Positions 29,888-38,915 of a stretch of DNA of 64,000 bases are shown in pieces. This DNA comes from Bacillota bacterium (GTDB taxonomy: Bacteria; Bacillota; Dethiobacteria; DTU022): the NCBI GenBank assembly GCA_033549065.1, contig JAWSUE010000001.1, positions 60,944-124,943 on the forward strand. The letters run 5' to 3'. Numbering within the stretch: position 1 is the stretch's first letter; each line of letters opens with the position of its first letter. The position numbers were made by a program, and so were the translations under genes. Below the pieces are notes generated by a model, which had not been told where the DNA came from, did no database searches, and was given only the letters and a program-made list of their open reading frames with translations.

Positions 29888-30610
29888 ATGTATAATCTCT
29901 TCTTTTTCGATGAATTAAAAAAATGGCTGCGCGACCCGATGACCCGTTTTATGCTTTTTTATCCCATCTTATTCGGTATAGTCGGCCGTTATGTTTTACC
30001 AGTGATAGCAGATAACAGCGGGTTTAGCATTGACCGCAATGCCGATTTCATTTTATCTGCATTAACCTTGATGATGCCTATGATTTATGGCGCTGTAATA
30101 GGCTTCTCAATACTGGATGATCGAGACGACCACATTGTCGATTCAATCAGGGTGACCCCTCTATCATTCAATCATTTTATGGCATTTCGTTTGGTAATTG
30201 TTTACTTTTTTGCTTTTCTTGCTTCTGTATTCGTAATGTGGTTTTCTGCTGTAGGTAATTTATCCTGGGGTAATATATTAGTTGTTTCATTCTTAGCCTC
30301 TTTCAGTGCTCCGATTACCGGTCTGCTGATAAACATATTTGCCAACAATAAAATCGAAGGTTTTGCAATTATGAAATTGATCGGTTTGGTAATTATTCTA
30401 CCAATTATTGCTTTATTCTTTTCAGATTCCAAAGAACTGTTCTTCTCATTGATTCCTGCTTTCTGGCCTGCAAAAATGATCGGCACTTTGATCAGGGGGG
30501 AGGAACAAATGTTTATGAGTTTTAGACTTTATTTCTGGATCGGCCTTATATATTTACTCGTTATAAATTTTTTAAGTTATCGTAAATTCAATCAGCGAGT
30601 TTCAGGATAG
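29888..30610 (+). CDS. ABC-2 type exporter permease (second subunit)
   Basis: 240-aa polytopic membrane ORF, 2 nt after the preceding gene. The one-ATPase/two-permease layout resembles fluoroquinolone-type ABC-2 exporters. Confidence 0.65.
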   Translation: MYNLFFFDELKKWLRDPMTRFMLFYPILFGIVGRYVLPVIADNSGFSIDRNADFILSALTLMMPMIYGAVIGFSILDDRDDHIVDSIRVTPLSFNHFMAFRLVIVYFFAFLASVFVMWFSAVGNLSWGNILVVSFLASFSAPITGLLINIFANNKIEGFAIMKLIGLVIILPIIALFFSDSKELFFSLIPAFWPAKMIGTLIRGEEQMFMSFRLYFWIGLIYLLVINFLSYRKFNQRVSG

Positions 30611-30611
30611 C

Positions 30612-31163
30612 TTATTTAAGATCAGCGCTATCTTGAAGCACATTTTTAAATTGTTTTTCATGAATAGTCAGGGCTTCTGAGTTATAGAGAACGAAGCGAA
30701 TCAATTTAACAGTTTTTAATTGAGGAATCATTCTTTTTATTGTGGCAAAGGCAATCCCGGCCGCCTCTTCCATCGGATAACCAAACACCCCTGTTGAGAT
30801 CGAGGGAAAGGCAATTGACGTGAGTTTGTTTTTTTCTGCGAGCTTCAAAGCATTAATGTAACAAGCAGATAAGAGATCCACCTCAGGTTGATCAACTCCA
30901 TAAACCGGCCCAAGGCAGTGGATCACATGGCGGTTTGGCAGCCTGTGTCCACCGGTAATTACCGCTTCCCCAGGTTTAATCGGAGCAAGTGGAAGGCATT
31001 CTTCTTCCAGGCCCGGACCAGCTGCCCGGTGAAGTGCACCGGCTACTCCTCCACCTGTTCGCAGTTGAGCATTGGCTGCATTAACAACCGCATCAATATT
31101 ATCTTGTGAGGCTATATCGCCTACAGTACATTCTATTAATACTCCATTTATTTCAAGCTGCAT
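30612..31163 (-). CDS. macro-domain protein (O-acetyl-ADP-ribose deacetylase/ADP-ribose-binding type)
   Basis: Macro motifs DAVVNAANAQLRTGGGVAGALHRAAG and HCLGPVYG. I prefer the ATG at 31163 (GGGAGG 8 nt upstream, 183 aa) to the ORF-track start at 31319. Confidence 0.85.
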   Translation of the reverse strand: MQLEINGVLIECTVGDIASQDNIDAVVNAANAQLRTGGGVAGALHRAAGPGLEEECLPLAPIKPGEAVITGGHRLPNRHVIHCLGPVYGVDQPEVDLLSACYINALKLAEKNKLTSIAFPSISTGVFGYPMEEAAGIAFATIKRMIPQLKTVKLIRFVLYNSEALTIHEKQFKNVLQDSADLK

Positions 31164-31320
31164 TTTTATCGACCTCCCGGAATAAGCACTAATAATTCGA
31201 ACTCCATCCGATATTAACGGTCGTCGCATAATTTTTGGGTATATCCTCTCAATCGCCAATTGTCCATATTTCCCAAACCCTGCCTGCCAGTTCATCATAG
31301 ACGCCATAAAGGGCATCAAC

Positions 31321-33249
31321 TCAGTGGTTTGTCTCTTTTAAACTGGGAAACAGGTCGAGGTCAGTGTGCGGGAGAAACATTGCCTGCATATATTCGTCCA
31401 TGAAGGTATTTCCTACCGCCAGTTCCATATAGGTAATTTTTTGTCCCAAATCAACCGCTTCATGATAAGCATCGGCAGATAGTAAAGCAAGACAGGCTCC
31501 TTTTACAGAACTGTTTCCGATAAAAGTATACCTCTCCGGATCTATATCAGGCAGTAACCCTATCTTTAAAGCTTTTTCAATATTCAAGAAGTTGCCAAAC
31601 CCACCGGCTATGATTACCCTGGATATATCATCAACATTCATTTCGACCATTTGGAGCAGGGTTCGCATGCCAGCGTAAACTGCAGCTTTTGCGCGCAAGA
31701 GATTTTTGACATCTCCCTCAGTTATAACTATGGCGCTCTCAACTGCAGCTTCTTCAGGCCAGACCAGAACAAATTCACAGCCCTCTTCACCGTTTTGCAT
31801 GCGTGGTGTATCCAATCCTTTCTGAAATATACCGGCCCGGTCGATAATTCCTGCTTCAAGCATTGCGGAAAGAGCATCGATTAAGCCAGACCCGCAAATC
31901 CCCAGGGGTTTGGTACCACCAACAGTTTCAAATTTTACTTCCCTGGTATCCGGGTCGATCTCGATACTTTCGATTGCTCCCTTGACAGCCCTCATCCCAA
32001 AAGTGATACCTCCACCTTCGAAAGCGGGTCCGGCGGAACAGGCGCAGCTTACCAGCCAATCTTTGTTTCCCAGAACCATTTCTCCATTTGTACCTATATC
32101 GACAAACAATGTTGTATGATCCTGATGGGCTATTCTGGTGAACAGAGCTCCGGCAACAATATCACCACCGACATAACTGGCAACCTGCGGGAAAGAAACA
32201 GCTACCGCTTCAGGATGAATTTCAATTCCGATATCTCTTGCTTTTACCGGAGGGACTACATTGAAGGTGGGTATGTACGGTTCAAGTCGAATATACCTGG
32301 GAGTAATCCCCCATAAAAGATGGGTCATCGTGGTGTTGCCCGCAATTACTGCCTGAACTATATCTTCTTTTTTATAACCTGCCTCACTGACCGCTCTTTC
32401 GATCAAAAAATTGATTGTTGACGTAACGGCCTCATGTAGTTGGGACAACCCCTCCGGTTGTTCAACTGAATGAATGATCCGGCTGATCACATCGTCACCA
32501 TAACGGCACTGGCGGTTATAGTCACCCTGCCGGCTAAGTATTTTACAACAATTCAAATCGACCAGGTATACAACGTTTGAAGTTGTGCCAACATCTATAG
32601 CAACACCGAGGGTAGCTCCGTTTTCTCCGGGTTCAACTTTGATAATTTCCGAGTAATTACCGTAATCAGCAAGCGTTACAGCAACATCCCAGTTATTCTT
32701 ACGAAGTGTATCGGCAAGCGTTTTGAGGGCAGACATATTGATTTGAAGCCTGTCCTCGTTAAGCGGTAAATCGAGCTCTTTTTTCAGAGCTAATCTTAAC
32801 CTGGTTAAGTCGCCTGTACTTTCAACAAGATTCGGAGCTTCCGGTTTTACCCTCACTTTGCGGCAGATTGGCAGTTTACGATACCCCTGCATCAGTGCTC
32901 GGGCAACCATCTCTTCGTCTTCACGCGCGTATGCGGAGATAACTTTATGCGTTGTAACCCTGGATGTTACCGGAACAAAAACCCGGATATCTTCGTCTGT
33001 TACCCTTGCCTGGCATGACAGGTAATAGCCCTCATCGCGTAATTTTGGCTTGAGCGCCCGGTCGATTCCACGATCTACCCTGCCTTCATCAACTCTTACT
33101 TTACAACGGCCGCAAGTTCCCTCACCGCCACAGTTTGCCCTGATTTCTATACCCGCCTGGTTTGCTGCTTCCAGGAGAGTAGTCCCGGAGGTGGCATCAA
33201 CGGTAATGTTTTCAGGCTGTAACGCAACTTTTGGGCACATAGCTATCAC
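31321..33249 (-). CDS. 2Fe-2S ferredoxin-domain / ASKHA ATPase (DUF4445) protein, RACo/AcsV-like
   Basis: 642-aa ORF. N-terminal plant-type ferredoxin CGGEGTCGRCKV...LSCQ. ASKHA phosphate motifs AIDVGTTS and VDIGTNGE, plus CSAGPAFEGGGI and GICGSGLIDA. Same architecture as reductive activators of corrinoid Fe-S proteins. Confidence 0.8.
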   Translation of the reverse strand: MIAMCPKVALQPENITVDATSGTTLLEAANQAGIEIRANCGGEGTCGRCKVRVDEGRVDRGIDRALKPKLRDEGYYLSCQARVTDEDIRVFVPVTSRVTTHKVISAYAREDEEMVARALMQGYRKLPICRKVRVKPEAPNLVESTGDLTRLRLALKKELDLPLNEDRLQINMSALKTLADTLRKNNWDVAVTLADYGNYSEIIKVEPGENGATLGVAIDVGTTSNVVYLVDLNCCKILSRQGDYNRQCRYGDDVISRIIHSVEQPEGLSQLHEAVTSTINFLIERAVSEAGYKKEDIVQAVIAGNTTMTHLLWGITPRYIRLEPYIPTFNVVPPVKARDIGIEIHPEAVAVSFPQVASYVGGDIVAGALFTRIAHQDHTTLFVDIGTNGEMVLGNKDWLVSCACSAGPAFEGGGITFGMRAVKGAIESIEIDPDTREVKFETVGGTKPLGICGSGLIDALSAMLEAGIIDRAGIFQKGLDTPRMQNGEEGCEFVLVWPEEAAVESAIVITEGDVKNLLRAKAAVYAGMRTLLQMVEMNVDDISRVIIAGGFGNFLNIEKALKIGLLPDIDPERYTFIGNSSVKGACLALLSADAYHEAVDLGQKITYMELAVGNTFMDEYMQAMFLPHTDLDLFPSLKETNH

Positions 33250-33347
33250 TCCAATTTTAGCTGCAGTGCTTTTTTTGAAAAACAGCTACATCTATTATAA
33301 CTGACATATTAAATCCCGGTAACTAAGAGCTTTTATCTATCTTAACC

Positions 33348-35321
33348 TTAGTATCCCGCTGATACTTCGGTTTCATACTTATCGGCAAGTTCCTGATGGA
33401 TTTTCAATTTCCAGGTTCGCTCATTCAATGCTTTTATTATTTTCTCTGCCGCTTTAATAGGATCTTCCTCCCATATAAAATAACCACCATAAACATCCTC
33501 TGCAATCTGGAGAGCGATCCCGTTAACAAGGGCACTACCTGTAACCTCAGGAACAACTCCGACATGAGTGGGCAAACCCAAAGCCACCCACCAGCTGCCT
33601 ATTGCTACTGCCTTTTCGCTCATTGCTTCAGGGGCTGAAGCCACAAAAGGTATTTTCGGCATATCCATATCCCACTGTTTCGCCAAAGCAGTAGCCAGAC
33701 CAAAAGCACGGCTGTTATCAACACAGGAACCCATGTGAAAGATCAGCGGCAGTTTGTTACCGCCTAGCTTCTCTTTATTTGCTTCATTCAGGGTGTTGAT
33801 AAAGGATTTTAATCCTTTCCCGGCATGAATTTTAACTGCTTCATCATTCATCAAGCCCATCTTAGCCGCACTCCCGGCGGCACACCCGGTTGCTACCATG
33901 AGAACATTATTTTTTGCCAGTTCCCTGATTATTACGCTATGGCTTTCATCCTGCAGAACACGCATATTATTACATCCCGCAAAAAGGACGACCCCACTTA
34001 ACTGCCCTTCATCAATAGCATCTGTTATAACTTTAAATGGCTCATCGGGATTAACTGCTGCTAGAATATCTTCAAGTGCTTCCATGCTAAAGCCAGCTGT
34101 TACTTTATTTTTAACTTGGGGAATATGGACTTCCTGACCTTTCCTTTCTTTAAATGCTTCTATCGCCAGGTTAATAATTTCCCTGGCCTTTTCCATCGCC
34201 TGTTCCTCGTCGAAGGCAACATGATACGCGCCCGGTATCTTAGCGTTGGACATTGTGGTAATTACCCTGGTGCGGAAACACTCCGACACTGCTTTTACTC
34301 CGGGCATAATACACTGAACATCGACCACCATTGCATCCAACGCTCCGGTCATAATCGGCAGTTCCTGAGAAAGGAAATTGGTTAATACCGGAACGCCCTG
34401 TCTCATAAGGACTTCATTACCGGTACAGCAAATACCCATACACTTGATACCTTTAGCTCCGGCAGCATGTGCCTCTTCATTCATTTCCCGGGCAGCCCTG
34501 ACGATCATCTCACTTAAAAGCGGATTATGCCCATGTAGGGCTATGTTAACTGTATCTGCTTCCATAACTCCGAAATTAGCCTCTGTCGTCACCGGTTTAG
34601 GTGTGCCAAACAAAATATCAGACAGGTCAGTTGCAATGTGCATTCCGATATAATCACATAACGCAGTTTTTAATCCCTGAAAGATCAGGTTAACAGGGTC
34701 TGCATCCATACCCATATGAGTTTGAGCCATTGTTTCCGCTATGGTTGTGTGAATTGAACGTGGCGATATCGCACATTCTTCAAATTTTTTAAGGCGGTCT
34801 TTAACAACTGTGGTTTCCAGCCATTTACAGTGATCCGGAGATACTTTTATGAAATCCTGAAGGGCAAGCGCGACAATTTCTTCTAGAATTTCTCTTTCTG
34901 CTTTACCCTCCGTTTCCAGGCCTAAGCGAACTGCAACGCTGTAGAGCTTATCTCTATCCTCAATATTGTAATCTGCCAGTTTCCCTTCAAGCATATCGGT
35001 TACGGTATATACAATATGCCGCCCATGATCACCGTGCGCACTAGCTCCGGAAGTTATAGCCCGTAAAAGGTTGCGTGCAACAATTGTATAGGCGTGAGCA
35101 CCACAAATTCCCTTGTCAGCTTTTTTTGAAATCCTGCAGGGTCCCTGCAAACACATGCGACAGCATACACCTGTTCTGCCAAACTGGCATTGGGGCTGCA
35201 TTTTCAGGTAGCGGTCAAAAGCTGTTTCAACACACTTCTCGTTTTTTTCAAGGATAGTAAGCGCACCCGGATCGGCAGTCCTCTTGCTATCGACTTTTAC
35301 TTTTTCAGTTTCAGTCGCCAT
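33348..35321 (-). CDS. cooS: anaerobic Ni-dependent carbon-monoxide dehydrogenase catalytic subunit
   Basis: D/B-cluster motif CQFGRTGVCCRMCLQGPCRI...GICGA. C-cluster ligand contexts HGHN, GICCTGNE, QCIMPG, AGCNN, TGCAAG and MGSCVDN are all present. ATG 35321 follows GAAGGAGG (657 aa) and is preferred to the ORF-track start at 35384. Confidence 0.95.
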   Translation of the reverse strand: MATETEKVKVDSKRTADPGALTILEKNEKCVETAFDRYLKMQPQCQFGRTGVCCRMCLQGPCRISKKADKGICGAHAYTIVARNLLRAITSGASAHGDHGRHIVYTVTDMLEGKLADYNIEDRDKLYSVAVRLGLETEGKAEREILEEIVALALQDFIKVSPDHCKWLETTVVKDRLKKFEECAISPRSIHTTIAETMAQTHMGMDADPVNLIFQGLKTALCDYIGMHIATDLSDILFGTPKPVTTEANFGVMEADTVNIALHGHNPLLSEMIVRAAREMNEEAHAAGAKGIKCMGICCTGNEVLMRQGVPVLTNFLSQELPIMTGALDAMVVDVQCIMPGVKAVSECFRTRVITTMSNAKIPGAYHVAFDEEQAMEKAREIINLAIEAFKERKGQEVHIPQVKNKVTAGFSMEALEDILAAVNPDEPFKVITDAIDEGQLSGVVLFAGCNNMRVLQDESHSVIIRELAKNNVLMVATGCAAGSAAKMGLMNDEAVKIHAGKGLKSFINTLNEANKEKLGGNKLPLIFHMGSCVDNSRAFGLATALAKQWDMDMPKIPFVASAPEAMSEKAVAIGSWWVALGLPTHVGVVPEVTGSALVNGIALQIAEDVYGGYFIWEEDPIKAAEKIIKALNERTWKLKIHQELADKYETEVSAGY

Positions 35322-35495
35322 TATATAACCTCCTTCGATCGATAATTTTTTTTGCGACGCAAATAAGCACCCTTTGCAAAACAAATAAGAATAATTACTA
35401 ACTTACTTGGTTTTATATATGCCTACTAAACCCCATTCCACTTCATTTAACCAAGGTTTGATAAAAGTGAAGACAAAATAATAATTCCTACTTGA

Positions 35496-35524
35496 ATTAT
35501 ATCAAACTTATATTTGTGTGTTAA
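35496..35524 (-). promoter_or_regulatory. sigA-type promoter (extended -10) for cooS
   Basis: Minus strand reads TTAACA (35524-35519), a 17-nt spacer, then TATAAT (35501-35496) with TGA immediately upstream of the -10. It lies about 170 nt before the cooS ATG. Confidence 0.5.
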
Positions 35525-35595
35525 CTGCCCAAAATTGTATGCTCGAAATCATTGCACCTGTATTTAAAAATTTCTCTCTTCAATTATTTTTCTAT

Positions 35596-36036
35596 TTATG
35601 TATTTCTATTTAGATATTGTTTGTCTAATTTCTTTTGTTTTTCCGCAAGCTGCCCAAGGGTAATACTGCTTAATTCATTTGCAATAACTTCTTTCAAGCC
35701 AACCCAGACCTGTCTGGCAGCACAGCGGCTAACCCTCTCACACTGCTCAGGGTTATCCGTACATTCTACGGGAGACAGTGAGCCTTCTACAGATTCTACT
35801 ATTTCAAGCAGAGTAATCTGAGCTGGATCTTTTCCCAAAACATACCCTCCCTGGCTGCCTTTCTGTGTTTTAACATAACCGGCAATCCGCAAAGGAAACA
35901 TTACCTGTTCAAGATATTTGAGTGAAATATCCTGACTGCTCGCAATATCTTTTAATTTAACCGGACCATCACCATACTTGATAGCCAATTCAACCAGGGC
36001 CCGTGAAGCATATCGGGCTTTGGTAGATAATTTCAC
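35596..36036 (-). CDS. Rrf2-family transcriptional regulator (Fe-S type)
   Basis: 146-aa ORF. MKLSTKARYASRAL wHTH N-terminus. Three-Cys motif C-x6-C-x5-C (VECTDNPEQCERVSRC). Confidence 0.9.
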   Translation of the reverse strand: MKLSTKARYASRALVELAIKYGDGPVKLKDIASSQDISLKYLEQVMFPLRIAGYVKTQKGSQGGYVLGKDPAQITLLEIVESVEGSLSPVECTDNPEQCERVSRCAARQVWVGLKEVIANELSSITLGQLAEKQKKLDKQYLNRNT

Positions 36037-36274
36037 AGAATTTCACCTCCAAAATCTAAATCCATTAATCCTACTATTTTTATAGATTATATGTTGTTTT
36101 TAGTTTAAACAAATCCTCCAGCTCTGTCAACCCACAAAAGGATTTTGTTTGAATGAGACTTCAGCGCTTGCAGGAATGAATAATGCTATGTGTAATATAT
36201 ACGACATATGATCAGGCATCATAAATCACTATAACTACAGCATAAACCAATGGCTGTAGAAAGGAGTTATCCTT

Positions 36275-38812
36275 ATGGAACACTTTGAGAAATTGGGTGT
36301 TTTCTATCTGGGCAGACCCTATGATCTACCTGGTAAAAAGCCAGTAGAAGGACTATTACTTTATGATTCAAAAGATATGGTTACCCACGGAGTCTGTGTT
36401 GGAATGACAGGCAGTGGAAAAACAGGCCTCTGCATTGCCCTGCTTGAAGAAGCAGCGCTGGACAATATCCCTGCTATAGTAATCGATCCCAAAGGGGATC
36501 TAACCAACATGCTGCTTACCTTTCCGGAATTACGACCGGAAGACTTCAGACCATGGATCAATGAAGATGATGCCCGCAAAAAGAATCTTTCACCTGATGA
36601 TTACGCTGCCAGGCAGGCAGAGTTATGGAAAAATGGATTGGCATTATGGGGACAGGATGGTGAACGAATCCGTTACCTTAAAGATTCAGCAGAATTTGTA
36701 ATATATACACCCGGCAGCACAGCCGGGATACCGGTTTCGATTTTAGATTCATTTTCTGCTCCTTCTCAGGCTATAATAGATGACCTGGAACTGCTCCAAG
36801 ACCGTGTCAGCGGAACAGCGGGAAGCCTTTTGGGTTTGCTGGGAATCAGTGCTGATCCGATAAACAGCAGGGAACATATTTTAATTTCCACGATACTCAC
36901 CCACGCCTGGCAGCAGGGCCGCAATCTTGATCTGGCCGGATTAATTCAGCAAATTCAAAACCCACCTTTTAGCCAGGTTGGCGTCATGAACATAGAATCC
37001 TTTTACCCTTCAAAAGATCGTTTTACTCTCAGTTCACAGCTAAATAATCTGCTGGCTTCTCCAAGTTTTGCCGGCTGGCTTCAGGGAGAATCACTTGACA
37101 TCAATAATATTCTGCACACCCCAAGCGGAAAACCAAGGATATCTATCTTCTCCATAGCACATCTTGGCGATAATGAGCGCATGTTTTTTGTATCCCTGCT
37201 CCTTAACCAGGTTTTAAGCTGGACGAGATCTCAAACCGGGACTACCAGCTTAAGAGCACTGTTATACATGGACGAAATATTCGGCTTTTTCCCTCCGGTA
37301 GCCAACCCACCATCCAAGGGCCCTCTGTTAACTTTACTCAAACAGGCGCGAGCTTATGGACTTGGTATCATGCTGACCACTCAAAACCCTGTTGACCTTG
37401 ATTATAAGGGATTGGCCAATACGGGAACCTGGTTCATCGGTCGGCTGCAAACCGAAAGAGATAAAATGCGTTTGATTGACGGTCTTGCCGGAGCGGCCAC
37501 TTCACAGGGTACTAAATTTGATCGAAAGGAAATGGAACAGGTTATATCCGGTTTAGGACAAAGGGTATTTGTTATGAATAATGTTCATCAGAGTGAGCCG
37601 ATAATATTTGAAACCCGGTGGTGTATGTCCTACTTACGCGGACCATTAACCCGTAACCAGATCAAGGACCTTATGGATCCATACAGAGATCGTTTTAGTG
37701 CTCAAACTGTCACAACAGAGCCTGTCAGCACTGGATCAACTGTTTCTCCTGTTTCAGATCAACAACTCTCCGAAGAAATTGTAACAGATGCTGCAGATGT
37801 GCTTGTTCAACAGGCCGCAGCAGCCCCGCCTCCGCAAACCGCTGATTCATCATCACCGGAAAGCGGGATGCCGGTTCTGCCGCCAAGTATAAATCAGGCA
37901 TTTATTCCGGTTAGGACCAGGCTTGCACCCGGTGAAAATATAGTCTATAAACCGATGGCCTTAGGCAGCGCTCAGATAGGATTCGTGAACGACAGGATCA
38001 ATCTGCGTAAAAGCAGGAAGGTGTTTTTAATCACAGCGATAACTGATGATATTTTCCCAATCGACTGGGATCGCGCCGAAAAGCTGGATCTCGATCTTTC
38101 AGAACTTGAAACAACCCCTGAAAGTGGCGCTTTATTCGAGGAACTATCCTCCAATGCCGGAGATCCCCGAAACTATACAAAATGGTCAAGAGAATTTGTG
38201 GATTGGTTATACCGGAGCCAAACTGTTGAATTACTGCAAAGCCGCAAATTCAAGCAGATTTCTGAACCCGGTGAATCTGAACGGGACTTTCGGGTAAGGC
38301 TGCAGCAAAGCGCCAGGGAGCATCGTGATCAGGCAATAGAAAAATTAAGACAAAAATACAATTCACAAATTGCCACTGTTGAAGAAAGAATCAGGCGTGC
38401 AGAGCAAACGGTCCGGAACAGGGAAGACCAGGCAAAACAGCACAAGATGCAGACAGCAATTTCTGTCGGCTCAACGCTTCTTGGATCTTTTTTAGGAAAA
38501 TCTCCCGTCAGTGCATCAACACTTGGCAGGGCGACTACTGCCGCGCGGGGCGCCGGCAGGGTAATGAAAGGACAGGAAGACGTTAAAAGGGCAGCTGAAA
38601 CACTCGAAGTCCAGCGTCAAAAACTTCAGGAATTGGAGGAAGAATTTAAAAGAGAAACAGATTTGCTTAATGCCGCCATGGATCCACTTACCGAAGAACT
38701 GGAGCATTATACTGTTAAACCACTGAAAAAAGATATCCTGCTTAAAATGTTTGCCCTTGTTTGGCTACCTTACCGCAGGACTGCAACCGGCATTGCCGAA
38801 AGAGCCTGGTAA
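36275..38812 (+). CDS. HerA/FtsK-like (DUF87-type) P-loop ATPase with long coiled-coil C-terminal region
   Basis: 845-aa ORF after AAAGGAG. Walker A GMTGSGKTG, Walker B LLYMDEIFGF, downstream TTQNPVDLD. Ala/Pro/Ser-rich linker near residue 500, then a heptad-rich Arg/Glu/Gln C-terminus. Confidence 0.7.
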   Translation: MEHFEKLGVFYLGRPYDLPGKKPVEGLLLYDSKDMVTHGVCVGMTGSGKTGLCIALLEEAALDNIPAIVIDPKGDLTNMLLTFPELRPEDFRPWINEDDARKKNLSPDDYAARQAELWKNGLALWGQDGERIRYLKDSAEFVIYTPGSTAGIPVSILDSFSAPSQAIIDDLELLQDRVSGTAGSLLGLLGISADPINSREHILISTILTHAWQQGRNLDLAGLIQQIQNPPFSQVGVMNIESFYPSKDRFTLSSQLNNLLASPSFAGWLQGESLDINNILHTPSGKPRISIFSIAHLGDNERMFFVSLLLNQVLSWTRSQTGTTSLRALLYMDEIFGFFPPVANPPSKGPLLTLLKQARAYGLGIMLTTQNPVDLDYKGLANTGTWFIGRLQTERDKMRLIDGLAGAATSQGTKFDRKEMEQVISGLGQRVFVMNNVHQSEPIIFETRWCMSYLRGPLTRNQIKDLMDPYRDRFSAQTVTTEPVSTGSTVSPVSDQQLSEEIVTDAADVLVQQAAAAPPPQTADSSSPESGMPVLPPSINQAFIPVRTRLAPGENIVYKPMALGSAQIGFVNDRINLRKSRKVFLITAITDDIFPIDWDRAEKLDLDLSELETTPESGALFEELSSNAGDPRNYTKWSREFVDWLYRSQTVELLQSRKFKQISEPGESERDFRVRLQQSAREHRDQAIEKLRQKYNSQIATVEERIRRAEQTVRNREDQAKQHKMQTAISVGSTLLGSFLGKSPVSASTLGRATTAARGAGRVMKGQEDVKRAAETLEVQRQKLQELEEEFKRETDLLNAAMDPLTEELEHYTVKPLKKDILLKMFALVWLPYRRTATGIAERAW

Positions 38813-38832
38813 GATATTAGCTTTCTCTAGTT

Positions 38833-38863
38833 GGGGGGCACCAGACAAGGTGTCCCTTTTATT
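38833..38863 (+). terminator. rho-independent terminator
   Basis: GGGGCACC-agacaa-GGTGTCCC (one G-U pair) followed by TTTTATTATT. Confidence 0.7.
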
Positions 38864-38915
38864 ATTAAGCAGCAATCCTCGTTTTCTGTCATGGATGATA
38901 GATTATGCAGCTTAT

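Noticed and set aside
31164-35384. N-terminal extensions in ORF-track calls: macro 31319 and cooS 35384 in this range. The same applies to 51643, 53347, 58707, 10408, 17232, 29121 and 49428.
   Set aside because: In each case a downstream ATG with a well-spaced GGAGG-type SD gives a protein of family-typical length. The extensions have no SD and non-conserved sequence.
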